Of a DNA stretch of 64,000 nt, positions 41,286 to 52,844 are shown in pieces. A model generated the notes under the pieces. It worked only from the letters and a program-made list of their open reading frames with translations. It ran no database searches and had not been told where the DNA came from. Positions within the stretch are counted from its first letter, which is position 1. The number at the start of each line of letters is the position of its first letter. The translations under genes were made by a program, and so were the position numbers. Origin of the DNA: Paraphysomonas bandaiensis (lineage: Eukaryota; Protista; Chrysophyceae); the NCBI GenBank assembly GCA_965644295.1, contig CBFFRP010000242.1:170401-234400 (forward strand), given 5' to 3'.

Positions 41286-42860
41286 TCAAAGGTCATCCAA
41301 AGGATTGTCATCCCCTTGTTGATCCTCTTCAACATCAGGTTGATCTCTGGTAAGAATACGTACATCACCAGGACGCTTTCTATCCCCAGGATATCTTTTC
41401 AATTGAGCTGGAGAATTACTGTATCGACGTTGAGGTGGTGCATTAATACTTGGTTTAGGCATTACTGTTAACCCCACTCTTTCAGTCATCTTCTTAAGAG
41501 CTTCAGTCAAAACAGCTTTATCATGTGAAAATTTACATGACTTATCTTTGCACCCACCATCTTGCGTCAATTCTCTAAAACATGGGGAAGATTTCAATAC
41601 CTCAGCCGCATACAAATCTTCTTCATGTTTCAGCACGTTTTGCTCCTCATCACTCACAGATTCTGAGTCAGAAACTTGTTGCTCAATTTGGTGTAGTCGC
41701 TTATCTACCGCAGAAGATTTTGTTCGAAAATTAAAACGACTTCTGAATTGATTATATTTTAACGACAAATCCCTAGTAATCTTCAACTGCTTAAAGAATT
41801 CTTTCAGAAAAGCTTTTACTGAAGGGAAATTTTCCGACCTCATAAGTCTCTTAGTAGTATCTCTCATACACGCAGGAATAAGACTCATCCACTGTTCCAA
41901 CGAACCACCTCTCTTAGTCGTTACTAAAGGTATACTCTCATCAAGTTTGTTCATCTTAGCAGCCTCCTCCAAGAAATCATACCGCTGATTGAACTTCGTT
42001 TCCAAAATACAAAGATCCTCATCGACTCGACGGAAATCCTCCAACTTGTCCATTGTTACTCTGTACGGCAAACACGATTCAAGCAACATCGAATTAAAAT
42101 CCATCATATCCAAAGGTCTGAACTGATACTTCGCTGCCTCAATAACTTGCGTTACACTTGCATCTATGCATTCCAAAGGTTCAGTATAATCATCAGGATA
42201 TAATTCCATCAACGTAAACCTAATCATTTCCTTAGCCCTGCCTTCCAACAATGTAAACACAGAAGGAATTGGTCCATTATCACGACATTTCTCAAACTCA
42301 GCAATTCGTTCCAAGAAAACCAAAAACCCATCTAAAGTAATTTCCGACAACCTTATCTCCAAGTATGAATCGTCTTCTTTAGTCAACGTAACCTTAGCCT
42401 TCGGTTGACGATCAATTTCACGAAGTGCTTCCTGAATAGTCTGACGTTTAGGTCTGACAGGTGGTCGCTCCTCTTCACTCCTGAGAGCTTGAGTAGCATT
42501 CAATACACCCTCACGCACAGCATTCTCTATATGCGTATGCAACAAGTCAGGGTCAATATACTGCTGCTCACGTCGCTCTATAGTTGCGGCTACAGGCTGT
42601 TCACCATTCCCATGACCATCTGATTTAGACTCTTCAAACGGTATCTCCGAAAGCTGATCAACTTGTATAATTTCTGAATTAGCTCTCGATGACCTTCCAG
42701 ATCTCCTCTGATTGATCTCCTCAAGACTTCGTTGAACATGCTCATTGAACGTCTGTTGCTGATGAAAACGCTGCTCCATATACTCACGTTGCTCACGCAT
42801 ATACTGCATCAAGTCCTCCAGAGTAAGCTCTGTCTTCGCATCGGCTTCTGCAGGCTCCAT
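41286..42860 (-). CDS. gag: Gypsy Gag with a CCCH-type zinc finger
   Basis: First ORF after the 5' LTR; coiled-coil N-terminus; C-x9-C-x4-C-x3-H (CFRELTQDGGCKDKSCKFSH). Confidence 0.85.
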   Translation of the reverse strand: MEPAEADAKTELTLEDLMQYMREQREYMEQRFHQQQTFNEHVQRSLEEINQRRSGRSSRANSEIIQVDQLSEIPFEESKSDGHGNGEQPVAATIERREQQYIDPDLLHTHIENAVREGVLNATQALRSEEERPPVRPKRQTIQEALREIDRQPKAKVTLTKEDDSYLEIRLSEITLDGFLVFLERIAEFEKCRDNGPIPSVFTLLEGRAKEMIRFTLMELYPDDYTEPLECIDASVTQVIEAAKYQFRPLDMMDFNSMLLESCLPYRVTMDKLEDFRRVDEDLCILETKFNQRYDFLEEAAKMNKLDESIPLVTTKRGGSLEQWMSLIPACMRDTTKRLMRSENFPSVKAFLKEFFKQLKITRDLSLKYNQFRSRFNFRTKSSAVDKRLHQIEQQVSDSESVSDEEQNVLKHEEDLYAAEVLKSSPCFRELTQDGGCKDKSCKFSHDKAVLTEALKKMTERVGLTVMPKPSINAPPQRRYSNSPAQLKRYPGDRKRPGDVRILTRDQPDVEEDQQGDDNPLDDL

Positions 42861-42938
42861 GACTCTTAAAACAGTTCAAAGGGCTCAATAACACAATGAA
42901 TGTATAATGTATTGTTCTTATCAACAGAGTAATATTAC

Positions 42939-43399
42939 TGTAGTTGTTCTTAAGAACAACGTATGCTCACACAAAAACAACACTGATCTATAACGTTTTA
43001 AAAAGATTTTAAGTGCACGCCAGCGGGCTGCTACACTGTTAAGCTCACCAGCGGGTGATGCTCCTCAACTCAGACGCAAACCGCGAAAGAATTTAAATAA
43101 ATCGTTATTTAAAACGTGTAATAGAAAAGTGAGTAACATGCTATACAACTCTACAGTAACACACACATACAACATCATGTTCAGCATTTCACTTCAGCAC
43201 ACAACACATCAGATCAGAAGTATTTTATCCGGTACGTATGTACAGCTTCAACACTCCGTGTATACACTGAAAAAGTAGAAACTGAATATGTAACTGAAAA
43301 CTGAAAATACAAAAACACTCTGTACGTGTTAGAGAGTACAACAGAAGAGTAACATATAATACTACTACCAACGCAGAAAATAACCAGTACTGCGTTACA
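42939..43399 (-). repeat. Gypsy 5' LTR
   Basis: Identical to 36622-37082. Confidence 0.95.
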
Positions 43400-43492
43400 A
43401 GAAGATGGAAACCAGCAAGTGTCTAATAGAAAAGTCAGTGTGGCACATACGATGACGTCACCGGCACAACATGATGATATAAGAAGATAAGG

Positions 43493-44083
43493 ATGGATAC
43501 TTTAACTTGGTGGTGTGGAGAAGCGATTGTAAGAGGAGAGACAATACCGATGGCAATTCATGTGGATGGTGGATCAGAAGGAGCATTCATGCATGAAGGG
43601 CTAGCAGAGGAAATGGGTTTAGAAGTTTATGAGTATCCAAGGGATAAACAATACCTGGTGATGGGAGCTACAGGACAAGGAAGATGTCCGGAACGAGTGA
43701 CAAAGTATGTATATCTATGTATGCGGATAGACGGAGTGGAGTATTATGGTGAAATGTTGGGAGAATTGAAGACTGGACATCCGATACAGAGTATATGGAA
43801 GTGTAAGTTTGATCTGATACCTAATATGACGGCTTCATGCTTATGGGGAGGAGCGGAAGTGAAGGAGTTGAAAGAGCATCGTGCCTTTGTGGTGCGAACA
43901 CCAGAGGGTATACCTGTTGTCATGAAAGGGAAGTCATACGCAGAAACAATGAAATGGATGGCTAAGACGAGACATCGGGTAGCAGAACATCCAGTGTATC
44001 AAGGTAATATCCCGGAAGGACGGAGGGTCAATACTGTGTGGAAGATAAGCCAATACCCGAACCAGTACTGTGTAAGACAATGA
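43493..44083 (+). CDS. Retropepsin-like aspartic protease of the outer LTR element
   Basis: IHVDGGSEGAFMHEGLAEEMGL, VMGATG, CLWG; lies between gag and the PPT. Confidence 0.6.
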   Translation: MDTLTWWCGEAIVRGETIPMAIHVDGGSEGAFMHEGLAEEMGLEVYEYPRDKQYLVMGATGQGRCPERVTKYVYLCMRIDGVEYYGEMLGELKTGHPIQSIWKCKFDLIPNMTASCLWGGAEVKELKEHRAFVVRTPEGIPVVMKGKSYAETMKWMAKTRHRVAEHPVYQGNIPEGRRVNTVWKISQYPNQYCVRQ

Positions 44084-44447
44084 TACAGGATGAATCTGTG
44101 AGAGTTCAAGTGGTCAATATGAAGCCAGATCGTTATGTTGTTGGACCTATTCAGGTCTTGGATTAGGGGGAAGTGTAGCAAAATTGGGTATAACAAGTAT
44201 GGGTGATTTAGGAGGTTGTTATGTCTGAAGAATAAGATGAAGTGATGTAGGTTGAGAAACGTGCTCCTTTCATTGTTTAATAGTTGAGTATGTTTGGTTT
44301 GCGTTCGGACAGGGACGTAGGTTCAGACTTTTTATCGCCGTCAAAACACGCGAAATCCTACAGGTAACTTTATGCATGATGTACCTATGATGTGGACTAA
44401 TTAGCTGTCAAAGGTTTACAGAGAGTAATACAGGCCGATTTCATATT

Positions 44448-47400
44448 ATGGGGGTGTCTGGTGGAATGAAGAAGCACTCAGAGCTGAAGTTGAAGACGAT
44501 ACATGGCCGAAAAGATGACCTGCACAAGTGCTCAAACTCTACACCAGTCAAAAATTACGCTCCGGCTAGAATTGAAGTGCGACAAAAAGAAATCGAAGCC
44601 GACGTGAAGGAGCTCTTGTTTCTAGAAGAGGCAAATTAACTGAGGTAAATCGAACTCATATTTGAGTTATTTGTAATCATGTTTCCAGATTCAACGACAG
44701 AAGGAATTGCGTCGAGCAAGGGAAGAGGCTCGCCGAGCTCACCGTCTGCAGTATAAAGCGGCTAGAATTGTACAAAGTGTGATTAGCCGTTTTCTATATA
44801 TATACGTAAAGTACGATCATCTATGATAATCCAGGACTACTTAAAGTATGTTGTCTTCCTTTGTTTTTGATGCAGTTGATGTTACAGTTGCTGACATAGG
44901 TATTTGCTATATAAAAATTCAATTGCTACAGCTTCGTGGGGAGCCAGCGTTATTCGAAAATTTGCGGTAAAGGTATATGCAGTACATCAGCTTACGCATT
45001 CTTGTACAATATGATCGTTGGGTGTACCCAGCAGGTAACGCATAAGGTACACTCTAGTGTCTCGACAACGAGCCATCAAATAAACTGCAGTCCAGTCGTG
45101 GGACTATATTGAGAAGTGTGTATGCACTAATGTTCAGCTGGTGAGAAATACAACTAAGCGGATACTGACTCGAGTGGTGGATATGGGTACTCGTACAGCT
45201 GCCCTTTGCATATTGGCAGTCACTAGAAAAAAGAACCCGCGTAAAGCTGCAAATAAAAAGAACAGCCGGAATATAGCGAACATGAGGTTAAGGAGAGCGG
45301 CCCATCGAGCTTCTAGGACAAGTAAGGGGGCTCATGGACGAGGTAAAGTGTACCTACGCCATCATCTTTTATTCGGCGATACGATGTATCGCCACAAGAG
45401 TGTGTTTACACACGGATGGTACAATCCTGCGAATAAGACGAATTACGCACCTAAGACTTCCAAGGAAGTTTCCCCTAACAATCTCAACAAAGCGCATGTG
45501 TCCAAGCAGGTCACGACTATCACTCTAACGCGATCTCCTCCAGCTTTGCACAGCTTGACGTCTACGGCTACGTTTAATCGCCACGACAGAAACCCCGAAG
45601 AAGCAACAAGGAAATCGGAAAAAGAATTGGAACAAGAGAGAGCTGCTAAACTAGCAATGCTGCAGAAACAGAGAGAAGAAAAACGAAAACTAGAAGAAGT
45701 TAATCATTTGAAAATCATGGAAGAGGTACGTGATATTAGGTTTTTGTGGCACAATTTCTAACGCTGTGCACAGAACAAGCGACACAAAAAGAAGTAATTG
45801 ATAAATTTCGCAAACAAACTTCCAAGCGAGATCTAATGGCACTAGATAGTCCAAACAAGGAGAATATTGGCCGAATAGTTACCGAACAGATACAGCGCGC
45901 GAAAATTGTGAATACTCTTCGAGAGAAGCGCAGATTGTCTGAGAAACGAAAAATTGAGCTCGTGTGGGCTGAACACAAAAGAATGGAGGAAGAGCTAAAG
46001 CTTAATTATGACATACGAAGATTTGCGATTCGAAGACATACAAACCGAAGGTTTAGATATATCGCTGCTTTGTGTAAATGCGATGGCAGCTACAACTGGG
46101 GTCAATATGAAGGGTACCAAAGTTGTGAATATTACTTCGGAAACTGATGTCGTCTCTGCTATAAACCACATGCTGTACATAGTGACTCCGACGTTTGTGA
46201 TATTGAAGTTAACGCGAGAAAAGGAGTAAAAAATGTGATAGCTGAAGAGAAAATGAAAGTAGATGACGTTGTGGATGGCGGGAGTGATAGTATAATGAAA
46301 GATAACTTTGACTCCACAAGAGGTTGCAATGTAGTTGTGGAGAAAGAATCCAATAAGGAAGCAGCAGCAATGGATAAACGTGTACAGCTAGCTGGGGTTG
46401 AAACCAAAAACGAGGTCAAACCCAAGAAAAAGGCTTTTTGGACTCCGCTTAAATCTAACGTACAGCTAGTTGCAGCAGAGGAACAGGAGAAAATTGCCCT
46501 AGAAAAGTTAGAGAAGGATAAGGAGAAGGCTCATCAACAGGTATGACTAACTCAATCCTAATATTTGCAGTATTGTGAATCCTTGCGGTGTACAGCCGCC
46601 GAAGACAGTTTTATGTATTGTTTTGATTAGTTGCAGACCGTTTGGGACCGTGTGTTATATTTAATTAAATATTGAATGCCAATGAATCCTGTTTTGACTG
46701 TCTTATTATTGATGGTTTGAGGTAACGTATCAACTGCTCAGGCGTTACGCGATGCTGCAGTTAAAAAACGAGTTGCGGCTAGAATTGAAGCAGAGAAGGA
46801 AGCAAGGGTGCGCGCTGCCTTTGTAGAGGAGTTGAGAAGAAAAGAGCTTGAGATGGTGTGTATTGGCTTTTTTGTTTTCAAACTAACACTTGAGCAGCGC
46901 CTTCAGAAACTGAAAGCATATATAGAGCACCGCCGAATAAGTCGAAACCCAAGCCACCCGTATTATCGATAGAAGAGGCTGCTGCAATTTCAATGAAGAA
47001 TGAAGAAAAGGCGAGAGAGCGCGCCGAACAACAGGTCAGAGTCCAATTTTGATTGCACCCTACACATGTCACAGTGGAAGTGTACGATATTTAGCTTTCC
47101 TGTAATTCTTCTGCTTCTAACAGTTCTAAATTTTCAAAAGCAACATGAGGCAGCATTGAAAAAGCGGGTTGCATCTCGTATTGCTGCACAGAAAGAGGAA
47201 AAGAAAAGAGCCACAGAGGCTGAAGAATTGAAAAAGGAAAAGGTGGAAAAGGTGTGTAAGATATGGTAACATATGCGATATTTTCTGTTGTTGTTGCTAA
47301 AAGTTTCTATAGCATCTCTGTAACAGTTAATATAGGTCTCAATGAAGGCATCACGACTAGTCAAGAAACAGAGACGTGAAAACAGGTTTATCTCACAGTT

Positions 47401-48923
47401 TAAGAATTCGAGCAAATGTGATAGAAAACTCATCAAGACTCAGGAATCTAATTCTGCGCGTGTGATAGGATCGATTACCCGTACCGTGAATCTGAATGGC
47501 ACTGGAAGTGCCCCTGGGTTATTCGCGCATCCACATATTTCTTCTCCACTTGAGACTGACTTTGATAGCGACAGCGATGATGCAAATACCTCAAATGGGT
47601 CGAATTCTTGTGAATGTGGGAGCGGGTGTGGTAGACACGTGGGAATGGAGCAGCGAAGAGACGAAAGAGCTCATAGTGGACAAATATAAAATGCCTAATA
47701 TTTGTCAACGAAACAATCAGATGTTACTATATGAATTAAACAGCAGGAAGTTGGAGTCTGAAAAAGGTTCTGAACGGAACATGCCTCCTGCGAAGCGCTC
47801 TAACCATGAATCCGCACAATCTAATTCTCAGAACACTCTTCCTGTTTTGTAGGTATTTGACCCCAGTCGTGGGAAGCTTGTACCCAATGCGAATCCTGCA
47901 GCCTTACACAACAGTCCATTTCTACAGTCTATATCACCACCTGTCGCTTTTCCAAAAAATCGTCTTGTCTTCCTGAGTTAGCACATTCACGAGTAAGAAA
48001 GTCTGTAGAGGACAAAAAGTAAGGGTGTACGCTTTATGCTTCGATGTCTGTTGCTGACTTTCTCCTTAGAACTGAGAAGGTTTCATCAATAATATCTATG
48101 GTGGAGAAAGCCCGAAGGATGTTAAAAGAAAGCACATCAGTAATGACAGACACCACTACTGCGATACTTGTGGAGCCTATTATAATGAATCGCGTGATGT
48201 AGCTGTCAGTTCCGCATGTGGAAGAAAGTATCCGAAGCGAAATAAAATTCAGGACAAACTAAAGGAAAATTCTAACCTGATGAGGTCAGTATGTCAAGAT
48301 CCTAGCCGAAAACTCTGGAAACAGGATGGGAGGACGACGAATAAAGTAGACAATAAAAGCAAAAAACTTCCTGTAGGGTTCAGCGGTCCTCAGGGCGTCG
48401 TGGCTGCCCATTTTACGAAGAAAACGCCATCAAATACGGAGCGGAGGACTCACGGTACACATGCTGATATTAAGCTGCAAACATTGGGAAAACACAGTCA
48501 TGTAAAATCCAAGATGTCGCTAAACATGAGCTGTCGTAATGTCAAGGTAACTAGCTCACAAGTTGGTTTTGAGAAGGAGTTGTTGACTATCGAGTCCGAC
48601 AATGCCTCTAGCGGATATGCAGACCAACATGTAGACCGTTGTTATAATATCGATGACACAGCAGATTATAATATGACTTTGCTTGGGGATGAGTTTAAAG
48701 ATGGTTTTGATATCGAAGATGATGAGATTGAAGATACCTTATATCACGATTGCGATTTCAATGAAGATATAGTGGGCTGGAAGTAAATTATACTAAGGTC
48801 CCCGATGGGGTTGAGGGTTATGAGCTCATGCTCTATGAGGAGTGTAAGAGGCTGCGTGCCCAGATTGAGGAAAAGCATTATGCTGCACAGAGGAGTGGTA
48901 CAAAGACATGGGAGGAGAAATAG
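44448..48923 (+). CDS. Hypothetical multi-exon coiled-coil protein with IQ-like motifs
   Basis: Series of same-strand K/E/R-rich ORF pieces with GT-AG boundaries; AARIVQSVISRF; repeated KKRVA(A/S)RI exons. Boundaries uncertain. Confidence 0.45.
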
Positions 48924-49380
48924 GTGAATGCGTCAGTGAGAAGGCGTACGAGAAGATTGAGCATGTATATGAATTCAACGATGGAAATACCATAGCCTAT
49001 TTACACGAAGAGGAGGAAAGGAGAAAATTACAATTGACAGACACTGTACGTGGGTAACTTATATTTTACTACTACGTATAAGTTGTACTATTCGTGGAGT
49101 GCCGTCAGGCTTGATGCAACTAACTCCACCAGTAAAAAATGTGATGACATTGATTATTGTTACGTTGTACGACATTATGTTGTTCTTAGTGTTGTGTGTA
49201 CGAATTTTATAAGTGGTAGTGTAATACATCCCCATTACTTTGTCATATATTGCAGTACAGCAATGAAATTACTATGCTTGAATTTATTTAGGTTTGTCGT
49301 TGTAGTTTAAACCAGAGCTATATTGAAATACATTGTAATATATATTGATTGGTCAACGGGAAGAAAAATATAGTATCTAC

Positions 49381-50320
49381 TGCGAACCTTTTCGTGGTGT
49401 TCTGGGGGAGAAGTACCAGAGCTCTTTCTCCGGGAAACTAACATGAACCGCATATATAGTCTGCAGATAATTTTCTGCCCACTAAAATAGCCAAATGCTT
49501 GTGTGGTGCAAGGGACACTAATAAATTTCACTAGACATCTTTGTGCCCTGATGTCTAGGATATTGGGCGGCCTGCTGAAGTCAAGCATTCGTTATGTTCA
49601 CCTTGAGGACTCAAAAATCCTGAAGTCAACAGATATCGGGTGTATAACAATATTATCATTCTGCTTTTGCTCTCCGCGCTTGCTTTGAGTGATAGAGCAA
49701 ACGTGGCTGTACCTTGGTACTTGCGGCGACGTACATGCAGCTTTCGTAGCGTTAAATAGTAGGATATCAGAGTTAAGCACTAGTTCGTTAAATAGTAATG
49801 CTAAATTTGTTCTGACTCTTACACGCCTGTTGTTAAGTATAAGATATTCACTATGCTGCTTCTATTGTTATCATAGTGCACTGAGCTAGCTTTGTACTAC
49901 GTGCTGCGATGTGAATAATAAGACATTAAGCACACATTCCAGTTACTCTTAGTAGTGGATGTCTGATAATTAGCAATAGAGGCGCGTAAGAGTCAAAATT
50001 AATTCAGCCTTACTATTTATCGAACTAGTACTTAACTCCGATATCCTACAATTTGGTGCTACAAAAGCTGCTTGTGTGTCACCGCAAGCACCAAGGTGCA
50101 ACCACTTTCGCTCTCTGTTCTTACGGTGAACTAGCCCGGATGCTTGACTTCAATAGGCAGCCCAATACCGCGGATGCTATTGAGGTGGGCCCATTCACGG
50201 ATGCTTGAGCACTATGAGTGGACAGAAAATTATCTGCAGACAATATATGCGGTTCATGTTAGTTTCCCGGAGAAAGAGCTCCGGTACTTCTCCCCCAGAA
50301 CACCTCAAAAAGGTGCGAGT
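49381..50320. repeat. About 940-bp imperfect inverted repeat (foldback element)
   Basis: 49381-49858 is the diverged reverse complement of 49950-50320, e.g. gagctctttctccgggaaactaacatgaaccgcatat versus atatgcggttcatgttagtttcccggagaaagagctc; loop of about 90 bp. Confidence 0.85.
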
Positions 50321-50637
50321 CCGACTTTGTTGAGGAATGAATTTTGAATGACTGTTATGATGACGTCACCGGTGATGGCTCAGGGGATGAGAATGGGAAA
50401 ATTTTGATAACAAGCAGTGGATAGTTTTTGAAGTAGTAGGGTAGTGGGTTTTTGCTTATTATGTGGTCTTGATGACTAGATTTAAAAAAAGCATATACAA
50501 TTTTTGTATGCATTTTACTGTTGATTAGTTACTGTTGCCAAAACATAGCTGTAGAGTTGTATGAACATTGATTAACATTGTTTATATTTCACTTAGTTCT
50601 ATATATAGCATATATCAAGTGCTAGTACATTCCATTA

Positions 50638-50759
50638 CTGGTCCATTAATGGTAGTCCAGCTCCCGGTAATTATAATTACGTTGTGTGGATATCCAATTA
50701 CAGTCAGCGTTATACTAGTATATTGCAATCGTATTGTTGAGTCGGTTTAAACAGCCCTG
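50638..50759. mobile_element. Degenerate relative of the hAT MITE family
   Basis: ctggtccattaatggtagtccagctcccggtaattataat matches the reverse complement of 11941-11982; ends in CAGCCCTG; no TSD recognised. Confidence 0.5.
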
Positions 50760-51352
50760 CAATATTATTGATTGTTGATTGCCATATATTGTTCCCAAAT
50801 TCTGGTTTAAACTACCATTCTTTATATTGATGGACATAGCTATAGATATCGGCGCACGTATATAATGGGATCTAATATTGGACAAAGTCAATTTGGTGTA
50901 ATTTCCTAGTAACACCAATATCGGTGTAAAAAACTACTCAAGCGGTTGAAAAGCCTAGTCATTTAATCATTCCTATTTCAGTTTACAATGACTAGGTTGA
51001 CTACGGTGACTAGGTGTTATGGTATTCAACTTTCATTCAAACATGAGAGCATACTCTAGCCATCAATTAATGAATGCAGATATTGTGTACATGCAATGAA
51101 ACTTCGCATTTCAATGATATTGATACCGTTTTACGTGAAATGACACAAGCCTTCCAGCCTTGTTGCTCAGTATTCCTATAAGGGTTAAATACATCAGGGT
51201 TAAACCGACCACGACTTTGTAATGTATTAATTTACATGTTTAATAGTTGTCATGATTAAATCAAATATTTATATAACTAGCGCTTCCAGATTATAACTAG
51301 CCCGTTAAACTTGTTCCACACAAGCGGTGAAAGTTATGTGCATTATAAAACA

Positions 51353-52246
51353 CTAGTCTACAGCAATATTTGCATAGCTCTTATAGTATCCATCATCACT
51401 CATTTCAGTCATTTTAAGGAGATCAATAGTTGTAAGTGCAGCTGCCTTTGGCTCAAACGACTCAAAACCATCGTAATCAGCAGGTAATATGCGTAGTTTC
51501 TTTCCCCATTTCCGACCAGCAGATACTTTGGCAATCGTTAGATGTGGCTTCCAGGAATGAATATATTTCTCCATGCTTGAGTCTTTAATAATACCATTCT
51601 CTTTGAACTTGTCGTATATGCAAACAGTGATATTTCTCAGTGCATCTAATGCATCACTCTGTACTGGGACTGCGTGAAGAACGTTCGATTTAAATCTGTC
51701 AAGGTTTTTGAAAAAAAGTCGTCGCGGAGTAGGGATGTGGCTCAAAATTCCACGAATGCTCTCTTGGCACTCCATCAGACTACTTACAGCCATATCAATC
51801 TCGTCTTGGCGTGATAAATGCATTACAAAACACGTCAAGTGTATTTTCTTTGAAGATACGAAACAATTCTTCAAATGCGGCGATCGGTTTCTAATATATT
51901 CTTGGATTGATTCTACACAATCTCGAATTTCCTGTCCGCTGAGTCGTATGCCAACAAAAAAATTTGGCACTTTAGTTTTGACTTTGGTCTGCTTTTTTTT
52001 CTTGAAATCAACAGACTTGCGGAGTTTAGATGGTGGCTCCTCTCCATGCGGCTGTATAGACAAATCTCCGAACTTTCTGACCATAGGGTTCACTTGTATT
52101 GGTGAGTGGGCAGCATGGATCTGGTCATCTCCCACGAGGTGCAGTGAGGACAATTTATTCGACACAGCCGCTACTTTACAGTGAGACTGGTCAGGGGCTT
52201 GGAGTTTTAGGGTGGAGAATTTTCGAGTCTTCTGAAGCGTTATCAT
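51353..52246 (-). CDS. AKAP7-like 2H phosphoesterase (2',5'-RNA ligase/phosphodiesterase fold)
   Basis: PNFFVGIRL; two HxT motifs (IHLTCFV, KPHLTIAK); C-terminal IDLLKM...DGYY. Confidence 0.85.
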   Translation of the reverse strand: MITLQKTRKFSTLKLQAPDQSHCKVAAVSNKLSSLHLVGDDQIHAAHSPIQVNPMVRKFGDLSIQPHGEEPPSKLRKSVDFKKKKQTKVKTKVPNFFVGIRLSGQEIRDCVESIQEYIRNRSPHLKNCFVSSKKIHLTCFVMHLSRQDEIDMAVSSLMECQESIRGILSHIPTPRRLFFKNLDRFKSNVLHAVPVQSDALDALRNITVCIYDKFKENGIIKDSSMEKYIHSWKPHLTIAKVSAGRKWGKKLRILPADYDGFESFEPKAAALTTIDLLKMTEMSDDGYYKSYANIAVD

Positions 52247-52806
52247 TGTTAGTTGGGTGCGCAGGAGTGGTATGCTTGTATGATATATTTGATAATATCA
52301 TGATGTACACTCTGTATATGTGTGTATATGTGTGTATATATGTTGTGCAAAAATCGGCACTTTTTAATGAGTAAACTACAACTTTATGGGGAAAATACCA
52401 CTTTATTAGTTGTAAAACACTGTTAGAATACTCTATTCTCCTTGAACGTCATATCCGTTAGTGGCATATATCAATATTCGACCATACTTACTGCAAACAT
52501 GAGTGAGACAGATTCAGACAGGGAGGAAGAGTTGCCTAAATGGTGAAGAGGAAGTGGCCGTATACGCCGACAGCCGGTTGTGTCTGTTGACTCCAATGCT
52601 GATAATATATCTGACTATAAGAAGAATCGAACAAACGCAGGAACGATATCAGCATACAAACAAAGGTTGGCCGTATTGTAGCGTGGTGTAAAGAAGAGTA
52701 CCCTGAAGCTCTAAATGATTATGAAAATTTGAAGATTCCAATCCCGAAAGACATCTGTCTTGATTACTTTGGCCATCTGTTCACACCGGCTCACGAAAGA
52801 GCGAAA

Positions 52807-52844
52807 GTATGTATGTATGTATGTATGTATGTATGTATGTATGT
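52807..52844 (+). repeat. (GTAT)n microsatellite
   Basis: About 9 perfect tetranucleotide units. Confidence 0.9.

Larger units (their letters stand above)
36622..43399 (-). mobile_element. Full-length Ty3/Gypsy chromodomain-bearing LTR retrotransposon with identical 461-bp LTRs
   Basis: LTRs 36622-37082 and 42939-43399 (TG...CA); 4-bp TSD AGAA; PPT GGGGGGAAAGAGGGTAG; order gag-PR-RT-RH-IN-chromo. Confidence 0.97.
33190..44254 (+). mobile_element. Degenerate LTR retroelement (gag and protease only, 3' LTR truncated) that hosts the nested Gypsy
   Basis: 81-bp identical direct repeats at 33190-33270 and 44174-44254 beginning TGTAGC; PPT AGGGGGAAG just before the second; fragmented gag-like ORFs with a CxxCxxxHxxxxxC knuckle; retropepsin-like ORF; no RT. 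Confidence 0.7.

Noticed and set aside
40575-41288. Alternative genetic code with TGA as a sense codon
   Set aside because: Host genes (e.g. stops at 16914 and 29415) end in TGA, and the long Pol ORFs use TGG for Trp with no other internal TGA.
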